Source: Polyangiales bacterium (GTDB taxonomy: Bacteria > Myxococcota_A > Polyangia > Polyangiales > Polyangiaceae). From it: a DNA stretch of 62,127 bases. The DNA is taken from NCBI GenBank assembly GCA_038230375.1, contig JBBRNJ010000056.1, positions 1 to 62,127 on the forward strand, read 5' to 3'. Positions 10,524 through 18,812 of this stretch are shown piece after piece. Made by a program: the position numbers and the translations under genes. Position 1 is the first letter of the stretch. Each line of letters opens with the position of its first letter. The notes under the pieces were generated by a model, which worked only from the letters and a program-made list of their open reading frames with translations, had not been told where the DNA came from and did no database searches.

Positions 10524-12374
10524 ATGCGCCCTTCTGCACGCACACATGCGCCTTCATTCGGGTTTCGGTCGTCGCGGATCACCCAGCGCGGGCTCGGGCT
10601 GACGCTCCTCTGGGCAGCGCTCGCGGCGTGCAGTGATGGATTGTCGAGCGAGCTGGCCGCGCCTGCTGGTGGTGCGCAGACGACTGCTGCATCGGGCAGC
10701 GACACCGCGCCCGCGTTGACGATCGATCCGCCCTCCGCGAACATCGTGTTCAAGCTCGGCGAGAAGCCCACGCTCATGATGCGCGCGCTTGCCACTGGCG
10801 GCGGGGCGACCACGGACGTCACTGCGGACGCGACGTGGGACCTCTCGTCGGATGTGCTCGGCGAGATCGACACGCCAGGTACCGCGTCATTGCTTGGCGT
10901 CGGCGGACACGGCACTGTGCGGGTGTCGTGGCATGGGCAACAGGCGGCTGTTCCGATCACGCTGCTCCTTCGCGACGAGCTTGCTCTCCCGGGCAGCAGC
11001 AACGCGGCTGCGTTCGCGGGCCTGTCGCCCGACAAGACGGAGCAGCTGTCGGTGGAGTACCCGGACTCTGGCGTGGTGCTCCCCGGAAACCTTGCGCCCA
11101 TCACCATGCAGTGGGCCGTGGCTGGCGACAGCACGATGTACCGCGTCCACTTCACGAGCACCGACGTGCTGGACGTGACGGTCTACACGGATGCGCGCGA
11201 GCTCGCTCCAGCCCGGGATCTGTGGACGGCGCTTGCGGCGAGCGCGCCTGACGCTCCCATCGGCTTTGCGATCGCCGGCGTGGGGCCGCAGAAGCGCCTT
11301 CGCGAGAGCCCGCCGCGCACGCTGATGATGACGAGCGACCACGTGCTCGCGACGTCGCTCTACGCGCACGCGCCCACCAGCGGCGCGCGCCACTCCGCCA
11401 TCCTCGACATCGCGGTGGGCACGTCACGGCCCACACCAGCAGAGGGCTCGGACCTGCCAGAGGCAGGCTCCGCGGACTGCGTGGGTTGCCACGACCCGTC
11501 GCGCGACGGCAAGCGTACGTCGTACACGCGCATCACGGGCCAGACCCTTCACAACGGGACGCTGCGCATGGATGCGGCGGGCACGCAGTTCCAGGGCGGC
11601 ATGGCCGCGTCCGCGGGCCCGGTGATCACCGGCGTGTCCACCGTGTTCAATCCGGCGGAGGCCACCACGATCCCCGCAATGCTGGCGACCACCGGCGTTC
11701 GGCTCACCACGCAGTCATCGCTTGCGCTCGTGGATCCCGATACCGGCGCCACCGTCCCGAACAACCTCGCGGCGATGATCGGCAGCCTGGGCGGGCAGCT
11801 CGCGAGCGCGATGACCCCGGACTGGTCCGCGGACGGCAGCTTCGTCACATGGGCCGCATACGATCCCGCAGGCACGTACAGCTTGCGGACCGGCGGCGCG
11901 CCCTCCGTCCTCATGGAGGCGCACGTTGGCTACACGGGCTCCGCTTTCCACTTTGACGGCGCGCACGTGCTCACCAAGCCAACGTCGGGGGACAGCGTGT
12001 TCCAGCCGACGATCGGCGTGGATGACACGGCGGTCGCGTACATCCACAGCATCGGCGACGACACCGTTCGCGCGCTCGAGGTGGTGCGGCGCAAGGATCA
12101 ACACGTGCTGCCGATCGCCGCGGGCGGGGATTTTCCCCAGTGGCCGGTGTGGTCGCCCTCGGCGGGGAAGAAGTGGACGTGGCTTGCGTTCTCGTCCGCG
12201 CGCTCGCCAGGTCACATGTCCCCGGGCAAGAGGCTCGTCTGGATCACCGCGATCGATCTGGAGAAGCTGCAAACTGGCGATGGAGACCCGAGCTCGCCCC
12301 CATTCCTGGCGCCAGGCCAGAACGCAATCCACGTGCACCCCAAGTGGCCGACCTGGGTCCCGCCGGCGAAGTAG
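10524..12374 (+). CDS. Lipoprotein with Ig-like region, CxxCH motif and TolB/PD40-like propeller
   Basis: Lipobox LAAC; DCVGCHDPSRDG; PDWSADG, WPVWSP, WLAFSSAR repeats; start uncertain. Confidence 0.8.
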   Translation: MRPSARTHAPSFGFRSSRITQRGLGLTLLWAALAACSDGLSSELAAPAGGAQTTAASGSDTAPALTIDPPSANIVFKLGEKPTLMMRALATGGGATTDVTADATWDLSSDVLGEIDTPGTASLLGVGGHGTVRVSWHGQQAAVPITLLLRDELALPGSSNAAAFAGLSPDKTEQLSVEYPDSGVVLPGNLAPITMQWAVAGDSTMYRVHFTSTDVLDVTVYTDARELAPARDLWTALAASAPDAPIGFAIAGVGPQKRLRESPPRTLMMTSDHVLATSLYAHAPTSGARHSAILDIAVGTSRPTPAEGSDLPEAGSADCVGCHDPSRDGKRTSYTRITGQTLHNGTLRMDAAGTQFQGGMAASAGPVITGVSTVFNPAEATTIPAMLATTGVRLTTQSSLALVDPDTGATVPNNLAAMIGSLGGQLASAMTPDWSADGSFVTWAAYDPAGTYSLRTGGAPSVLMEAHVGYTGSAFHFDGAHVLTKPTSGDSVFQPTIGVDDTAVAYIHSIGDDTVRALEVVRRKDQHVLPIAAGGDFPQWPVWSPSAGKKWTWLAFSSARSPGHMSPGKRLVWITAIDLEKLQTGDGDPSSPPFLAPGQNAIHVHPKWPTWVPPAK

Positions 12375-12381
12375 CGTCGGG

Positions 12382-12417
12382 CACGTTGACGTTCACGTTC
12401 AGGTTCACGTTCACGTG
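12382..12417. repeat. Hexamer tandem repeat (CACGTT)n, 6 units
   Basis: cacgtt gacgtt cacgtt caggtt cacgtt cacgtg at a convergent gene junction. Confidence 0.85.
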
Positions 12418-13268
12418 TCGGAGCTGCCCTTTCGTTTCCACGCGACCATTTCGGCTGCGATGGCTACTGCGATCTCGTCTGGTAGACGCGCGTTGATGGG
12501 CGCTCCGATCGGCATGCGGATGCGCGCGCGGTCTTCTTCGCTGAAGCCCTTGTTTTCCAGGCGCGTGCGCGTTCGCTCCGCTTTTGCTCGGCTGCCCACG
12601 CCTCCCACGTACGCAAAGCCGCGCTTCAATCCCCACTCGATGGCCCGCTGATCCTGTCCGTGGTCGTGCGTCATCACGAGCAGCGCGCCGCGCGTGGGGA
12701 AGTCATTCATCAGCACGTCGTACTCCCCTTCGACGAGCGTGATGCCGGGGATGCGGCCCTCGGTGGTCCACGCCTCGCGCGCGTCGATCACGGTGACTGC
12801 GTACCCCACCTTCGCAAGCAGCGGCGCGGTGGCCGTGGCCACATGACCGGCGCCCACGATGAGGCACGGCATCAGCCCGTCGATCGGCTCGATGAGGATC
12901 TCGGCTCTGCCACCGCAGCACATGCCAAGCTCGGGGCCGAGCCGGAACTCGCGCACCTGGTGTTTGCGCTCCGACTTGCCGTCACACATGCGCGACAGCT
13001 CCGTGAGGACCTCGCGCTCGATCGCGCCCCCGCCCACCGTGCCCACGCAGGTGCGATCACTTGCAAGATACAACTTTTGCCCCGGCGTGGCGGGCGCAGA
13101 GCCGTGGCGCGCGAGCACGGTCGCCATCGCCCCGTCCACGCCTCGCGCTGATTTCTCGGCCGACACCGACAGGACGCCTGCCTGGGATGCGGGCGTAACG
13201 AGCGGGAGCGCAGCCTCCAGAGGCACATCTGCCTCTTGATGATGCTGTTTGGGCTTTTCCACCTGCAA
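12411..13268 (-). CDS. xdhC: XdhC/CoxI family molybdenum cofactor insertion chaperone
   Basis: GSAPATPG, GTVGGGAIE, LGMCCGG, GAGHVA, VMTHDH, YVGGVGSRAK, RMPIG..PDEIAVAIAAE. Confidence 0.88.
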   Translation of the reverse strand: MQVEKPKQHHQEADVPLEAALPLVTPASQAGVLSVSAEKSARGVDGAMATVLARHGSAPATPGQKLYLASDRTCVGTVGGGAIEREVLTELSRMCDGKSERKHQVREFRLGPELGMCCGGRAEILIEPIDGLMPCLIVGAGHVATATAPLLAKVGYAVTVIDAREAWTTEGRIPGITLVEGEYDVLMNDFPTRGALLVMTHDHGQDQRAIEWGLKRGFAYVGGVGSRAKAERTRTRLENKGFSEEDRARIRMPIGAPINARLPDEIAVAIAAEMVAWKRKGSSDT

Positions 13269-13289
13269 TTACTGTATCCTGGGTCCGTC

Positions 13290-14594
13290 GTGAAAACCAC
13301 GAACGTACAGTTCGATCCCAACCAGGTGCTCGTCATGATCCTCGCGGGGGGCGAGGGCAAGCGCCTCTACCCGCTCACCCTGGATCGCGCGAAGCCGGCG
13401 GTGCCGTTCGGCGGCCGCTATCGGATCGTGGACATCGTCCTCTCCAACTTCGTGAACTCCGGGCTCACGCGCGTGAAGGTCCTCACGCAGTACAAGAGCG
13501 CGTCGCTCGAGGAGCACATCGCACGCGTGTGGCGCCTGTCGCCCATCCTGGACCAGTTCATCGAGGCGATCCCCGCCCAGCAGCGCACCGGAAAGTCCTG
13601 GTTCCGCGGCTCCGCAGACGCTGTCTACCAGTGCCAGCACGTCATCACGGACGAGCGCCCCGAGCTCGTCGCCATCTTCGGCGGCGACCACATCTACAAG
13701 ATGGATGTGCGGCAGATGGTCTCGCACCACATCTCGACCAAGGCCGTTGCCACCGTCGCCGCCATCCCGGTACCCAAGAAGGAAGCGTCCGACTTCGGCG
13801 TGATCGAGGCCGACGAGAACGGGAAGATCATCGCCTTCCACGAGAAGGTCGCGGACCCGCCCGGCATGCCGGGCAATCCGGACATGTGTCTCGCGTCGAT
13901 GGGCAACTACATCTTCCAGACTGAGGCGCTCATGCGCGAGCTCGCCCGCGACGCCAACGAGGACGCGAGCAAGCACGACTTCGGCCACGACATCCTGCCC
14001 GGGCTGGTCAAGCAGGGCTCGGAGGTCTTCGTCTACGACTTCGCCCACAACGAGGTCCCCGGTGAGGACGACCCGCGCGGACGCGGCTACTGGCGCGACA
14101 TCGGAACGCTCGAGGCGTACTGGCAGGCGCAGATGGACCTCATCGAGATCCATCCGCAGTTCAACCTGTACAACAACCGCTGGCCCATCCGCACCGGCGC
14201 CACGCACGACCCCCCCGCGAAGTTCGTCTTCCGCGACGAGGCGCACGCGCGCGTTGGTATCGCGACGGACTCCATGGTCTCCCACGGCTGCATCATCTCC
14301 GGCGGACGCATCCATCGCAGCGTGCTGTCGGTCGGCTGCCGCGTGAACAGCTTCAGCGAGGTGGAGGAGAGCGTGCTCTTCGAGCGCGTGCGCATCGGTC
14401 GTCACGCGCGCCTGCGCCGCTGCATCGTGGACAAGGACGTGGAGATCCCGCCGGGCGCCGAGATTGGCTACGACATAGAGGCCGACCGCCGCCGCTTCTT
14501 CGTGACGGAGACGGGCCTCGTGGTGATCCCGAAGCGCGCCAAGCTCGAGGACGAGCCGCACGATCCGAACGATCCGAACCGGAACGACGGCTGA
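13290..14594 (+). CDS. glgC: Glucose-1-phosphate adenylyltransferase
   Basis: ILAGGEGKRLYPLT..RAKPAVPFGGRYR, GDHIYKMD, FHEK, ASMGNY, YWRDIGT. Confidence 0.96.
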   Translation: MKTTNVQFDPNQVLVMILAGGEGKRLYPLTLDRAKPAVPFGGRYRIVDIVLSNFVNSGLTRVKVLTQYKSASLEEHIARVWRLSPILDQFIEAIPAQQRTGKSWFRGSADAVYQCQHVITDERPELVAIFGGDHIYKMDVRQMVSHHISTKAVATVAAIPVPKKEASDFGVIEADENGKIIAFHEKVADPPGMPGNPDMCLASMGNYIFQTEALMRELARDANEDASKHDFGHDILPGLVKQGSEVFVYDFAHNEVPGEDDPRGRGYWRDIGTLEAYWQAQMDLIEIHPQFNLYNNRWPIRTGATHDPPAKFVFRDEAHARVGIATDSMVSHGCIISGGRIHRSVLSVGCRVNSFSEVEESVLFERVRIGRHARLRRCIVDKDVEIPPGAEIGYDIEADRRRFFVTETGLVVIPKRAKLEDEPHDPNDPNRNDG

Positions 14595-14624
14595 CCCGCG
14601 CTGACCGCGCCATTTGCCTGCACC

Positions 14625-17600
14625 ATGCACCTATCCAGACAAGCGCTCCTCTCGTGCCGGCTTCCGGCGTCCGTCATTGGCCCCCACGGTGACCTCACCT
14701 TCCACGAGCCCAGCGCGGAGATGCATGCGTCCGACGCGCTCTTCCTTGGAACGCACGTGCGCGTGCTTGCGCCCGACCTTGCCGCGATGGTGCTCGTTCA
14801 CGAGGTCCTCCACGAGGTCGTGACCCTCTACAAGGCGGACCACGAATCCGCGCTCGCGCGTGCCCTTGGCGTGGACGACACGCGGACCGAGTACGAGCGC
14901 GAGGCCTTCCGCGCTGTGTCGCGCGCGTTCGTCACGCACTTCCCCAGCCCGCCCATCCTGGCGGAGGAGATCGAGCCCGAGCAGTTCCTCGCCGAGAAGG
15001 AGAACGTGACCCGCGTGGCCACGGAGGCTCTCCTCCTCTACGTGGCGAACGAGAACCCGGCCTACGCGCCCGCGAAGCCCTTCATCTCCGACGACGAGCT
15101 GCGTCGCACCACGCCGTATCTCGCGTGGCTCAAGCGAACCGGGACGGAGCTGGAAGATGCGCCGCCCATGGGACCCGCGGGCGAGACGCTCCTGCAGATG
15201 CTGCTCGCGCCGCAGCGCTCATCGCCCACGTCGTTGCTCGGACAGATCGACTTCATGCGCACGCGGTGGTCCACGGTGCTGAAGAACAGCACGCTGATGC
15301 GCAAGCTGCTCTTTGCGCGGGACCTCCTGATGGAAGGCTCGTGGGCGTTCCGCGGCGGTCACCATGGCGGCGAGCCCGCGCCTGATACCTCCGCGCGCTC
15401 CTTCTTCCACGGCGCGGATGAGGAGTACGAGCGCTTCACGGAAGACCGCGACTGGATGCCGAACGTCGTGATGATCGCGAAGAGCACCTTCGTGTGGCTC
15501 GTGCAGCTCGAGAAGGCATATGGCCGGCCGGTGCGCACGCTCGCGGACGTCCCGGACGAAGAGCTGGCCACGCTGTCGCGCCGCGGCATCAACGCGCTCT
15601 GGCTGATCGGCCTGTGGAAGCGCTCGCACGCGTCCGCGAAGGTGAAGCGCATCATGGGCAACGAGGACGCCATTGCGTCTGCTTACTCGCTCGCCGAGTA
15701 CGACATCGCGGACGAGCTCGGCGGCTACGGCGCGTTCATGGACCTCAAGCGCCGCGCGCAGCATCACGGCGTGCGCCTGGCCAGCGACATGGTGCCCAAC
15801 CACGTTGGCATCGACGCGGGCTGGGTGGTGCGCCATCCGGAGTTCTTCCTCTCTGCCACGGAGCCGCCGTACCCGAACTACACGTTCAACGGGCCGGATC
15901 TCTCGGATGATCCGCGCGTGGGCGTCTTCATCGAGGACGGCTACTGGCGCCGCACGGACGCGGCCGTGGTCTTCAAGCGCGTCGATCTCCACAGCGGAGA
16001 TGTAAGATACATCTATCACGGCAACGACGGCACGAGCATGCCGTGGAACGACACCGCGCAGCTGGACTACACGAAGAAGGAGGTGCGTGAGGCCGTCATC
16101 AACACGATCCTCCACGTGGCGCGCATGTTCCCGATCATCCGCTTCGACGCGGCCATGACGCTCGCGAAGCGCCACTACCAGCGCCTCTGGTTCCCGGAGC
16201 CCGGCACCGGCGGCGACATCCCGTCGCGCGCGGCCTACGCCATGACCAAGGAGGAGCTCGCCGCGGTGATGCCGGAGGAGTTCTGGCGCGAGGTGGTGGA
16301 CCGCGCGGCGGTGGAGGCACCGGACACACTGCTGCTCGCGGAGGCCTTCTGGATGATGGAGGGCTACTTCGTCCGGACGCTGGGAATGCACCGCGTCTAC
16401 AACTCGGCCTTCATGAACATGCTGAAGGCCGAGGACAACGCGAACTTCCGCACCACGATCAAGAACGTCCTGGAGTTCGATCCTGAGGTCCTGAAGCGGT
16501 TCGTGAACTTCATGAACAACCCGGACGAGAAGACCGCGATCGAGCAGTTCGGCGACGGCGACAAGTACATGGGCTGCTGCCTGCTCATGTGCACCCTGCC
16601 GGGGCTTCCCATGCTCGGTCATGGTCAGATCGAAGGCTTCCGCGAGAAGTACGGCATGGAGTACGCGCGGCCTCGCATGGACGAGGCGCCGAACCCGTGG
16701 CTGGTCGCGCGACACGAGCGCGAGATCTTCCCGCTGCTCTCCTTGCGTCACACGTTCTCGGGCTCGCGCGATTTTCGTCTGTTCGACTTCGTGCGGGATG
16801 ACGGCACCGTGAACGAGGACGTGATCGCGTACAGCAATCGTGATCCGCAGCGCGGGCGCGCGGCGCTCACGCTCTTCAACAACCGCTACTCGGAGACCAC
16901 CGGCGCGGTGCGAATGTCGTCCGCGTTCAAGCCCGCCACGAACAAGGACGGGGGACTCGTGCGCGAGGACCTGTGCACCGCGCTCGCGATAGACTGGGCC
17001 GCGGGCTCCTCGTACGTGGTCTTCCGCGATCATGAGCGGCAGCTGGAGTACCTGCGCACGGTGGAGGACCTCACGATCCGCGGCCTGCGTCTGGACCTGT
17101 CGGCGTACACGCACGTGTGCTTCTCGGAGATCGTCGTGGCGAACGCCAGCAAGCGGGTGCCACTGGACCGCGTGCGCGCGGAGATCGGCGATCGCGGCGT
17201 GCGCGACATCTTCGGCTATGCGGAGGAGATCTTCCTGCGGAACCTGCACGGCCCGTTCGAGGACCTGTTGCTCGCCACGCGGAACGCGTCCATGCCCGAC
17301 CCGCCGGAGAGTGTGGTCCCGCCTGGATACGAGCCGTCGCACCCCGGGCCGCCCTCGAAAGCGCCGCCGCCGTCTCTGGAGGCGTTCTCGCTCGCGCTCA
17401 CCGACGCGCTCGAGCGCAAGGTCGAGGGCCTTGCGGAAGAGGACGTGCGTCTGGCGCTGCGCGTTTCGGCCTTGCACGAGGGTCCGGCTGATGACCTCAC
17501 GGTCCTGCTCTCTGCATTCGCCGCGACGGACGCGGTGGTTCATCTGGCGGGCCTGGCGGCGGAGGATCTGCGCCTGGAGCTCCCGCTGCGTCGGGCGCTT

Positions 17601-18035
17601 TCCCCTGCCCTGGGCCTGGACGAGCAAGCCGTCGCGGAGCTGTGCATCGCTCTCACGGGGCTGACGCTCACCGGGTCGTTGACGGAGGTGTTGTTGACGG
17701 TGCTCACCGACGCGCGCGTTCGCACCTTCCTTCTGGTCCACGACGCTGCGGCCGTCACGTGGTTCAACAAGGAGCGGTGGATCGCGTTCGCAACGGCGCT
17801 GGCTCATGCGATGCGGCTCGACCGCCTCGACGTGCCGGACGAGGACCTGGCGGCGATCATGGCGGCCGGCACGAAGAGCGCGTACCGGCTGGAAGACCTG
17901 CTGACGGACCTGCGAGACATGGAGCGAAGCGCACACGTGGCGCGCGTTGCACGCGAGTCGGAGCGTGCGCTATCGACAAACGCCGCGGTTCTGCCCATAG
18001 TGGAGACCGATGGCGAAGACGGTGATCGTCGGTGA
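14625..18035 (+). CDS. Large GH13 (alpha-amylase family) protein
   Basis: DMVPNH, WNDTAQLDY, IRFDAAM (nucleophile), LLAEAFW (acid/base), NNPDE; long N- and C-terminal extensions. Confidence 0.88.
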   Translation: MHLSRQALLSCRLPASVIGPHGDLTFHEPSAEMHASDALFLGTHVRVLAPDLAAMVLVHEVLHEVVTLYKADHESALARALGVDDTRTEYEREAFRAVSRAFVTHFPSPPILAEEIEPEQFLAEKENVTRVATEALLLYVANENPAYAPAKPFISDDELRRTTPYLAWLKRTGTELEDAPPMGPAGETLLQMLLAPQRSSPTSLLGQIDFMRTRWSTVLKNSTLMRKLLFARDLLMEGSWAFRGGHHGGEPAPDTSARSFFHGADEEYERFTEDRDWMPNVVMIAKSTFVWLVQLEKAYGRPVRTLADVPDEELATLSRRGINALWLIGLWKRSHASAKVKRIMGNEDAIASAYSLAEYDIADELGGYGAFMDLKRRAQHHGVRLASDMVPNHVGIDAGWVVRHPEFFLSATEPPYPNYTFNGPDLSDDPRVGVFIEDGYWRRTDAAVVFKRVDLHSGDVRYIYHGNDGTSMPWNDTAQLDYTKKEVREAVINTILHVARMFPIIRFDAAMTLAKRHYQRLWFPEPGTGGDIPSRAAYAMTKEELAAVMPEEFWREVVDRAAVEAPDTLLLAEAFWMMEGYFVRTLGMHRVYNSAFMNMLKAEDNANFRTTIKNVLEFDPEVLKRFVNFMNNPDEKTAIEQFGDGDKYMGCCLLMCTLPGLPMLGHGQIEGFREKYGMEYARPRMDEAPNPWLVARHEREIFPLLSLRHTFSGSRDFRLFDFVRDDGTVNEDVIAYSNRDPQRGRAALTLFNNRYSETTGAVRMSSAFKPATNKDGGLVREDLCTALAIDWAAGSSYVVFRDHERQLEYLRTVEDLTIRGLRLDLSAYTHVCFSEIVVANASKRVPLDRVRAEIGDRGVRDIFGYAEEIFLRNLHGPFEDLLLATRNASMPDPPESVVPPGYEPSHPGPPSKAPPPSLEAFSLALTDALERKVEGLAEEDVRLALRVSALHEGPADDLTVLLSAFAATDAVVHLAGLAAEDLRLELPLRRALSPALGLDEQAVAELCIALTGLTLTGSLTEVLLTVLTDARVRTFLLVHDAAAVTWFNKERWIAFATALAHAMRLDRLDVPDEDLAAIMAAGTKSAYRLEDLLTDLRDMERSAHVARVARESERALSTNAAVLPIVETDGEDGDRR

Positions 18036-18714
18036 CGTCCATGGCTGCAGGGACGAGCTCTGCATCCTGCTCGACCGCGTAGCCTTCGCCTCGGGCGACA
18101 CGCTGGTCTTTGTCGGTGATCTGGTCGCGCGTGGTCCGGATCCGCTCGGCGTGCTGGATATCGCGCGTGAGACGGGCGCCGTGATCGTGCGCGGCAACCA
18201 CGAGCACAAGCTCGTCAACTGGCTGGAGAACGGAGGCGAAGAGCGGGACCCGCACCGGATCAAGCTGCCGCGCCTTCACCGCGAGCTCGCGCGCGTGCTG
18301 CGGCCCGTGGACTGGACGCTGCTCTCTACGTCACCGCTCTACCTGGACCTCGACGAGCACGGGACGCGCGTGGTGCATGCTGGCGTGGATCCGCTGGTGT
18401 CGTGGGCGCAGCAGGAAGAGGAGACGTTGATGCGCATTCGCACGGTGCGCGCGGACAACGGCGCACGAGTCCTGTGGGGTCGCGCTTACCTCGGGCCGCC
18501 GCATATCGTGTTCGGACACAATGCCGCGCCGGGGCTGCAGCTGCACGCATGGGCGAGCGGCATCGACACGGGGTGCGTGTACGGGGGAAGGCTGACGGCG
18601 TTCGTGCTGGGACCGAACCAGCGGATACCGAAGATGGTGTCGATGCGAAAAGAGCTGCTGGTGTCCGTGCCCGCAAGGCGCGTGTACTACGACTTCACGA
18701 GGGACGTGGCATAG
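18010..18714 (+). CDS. Calcineurin-like metallophosphoesterase (ApaH/PrpE/PPP-like)
   Basis: GDVHG, GDLVARGP, RGNHE, VHAG, FGH, IDTGCVYGG. Confidence 0.92.
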   Translation: MAKTVIVGDVHGCRDELCILLDRVAFASGDTLVFVGDLVARGPDPLGVLDIARETGAVIVRGNHEHKLVNWLENGGEERDPHRIKLPRLHRELARVLRPVDWTLLSTSPLYLDLDEHGTRVVHAGVDPLVSWAQQEEETLMRIRTVRADNGARVLWGRAYLGPPHIVFGHNAAPGLQLHAWASGIDTGCVYGGRLTAFVLGPNQRIPKMVSMRKELLVSVPARRVYYDFTRDVA

Positions 18715-18748
18715 AGCGACGACGACGACCGCCGCGAAATGACCCACG

Positions 18749-18810
18749 GGTCGAAGTCGAAGTCGGGGTCGAAGTCGTTGTCGAAGTCGCCGTCGAAGTC
18801 GTTGTCGTCG
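18749..18810 (-). repeat. Degenerate hexamer tandem repeat, (GACTTC)n on the minus strand, about 10 units
   Basis: Plus strand gtcgaa gtcgaa gtcggg gtcgaa gtcgtt gtcgaa gtcgcc gtcgaa gtcgtt gtcg between convergent genes. Confidence 0.88.
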
Positions 18811-18812
18811 CG

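Noticed and set aside
15219..17936. Long antisense ORFs (905 aa here; also 13269..14630, 18331..20343, 39342..40778, 25504..27234)
   Set aside because: They shadow well-supported genes, have Arg/Ala-rich composition without motifs, and are expected in high-GC DNA.
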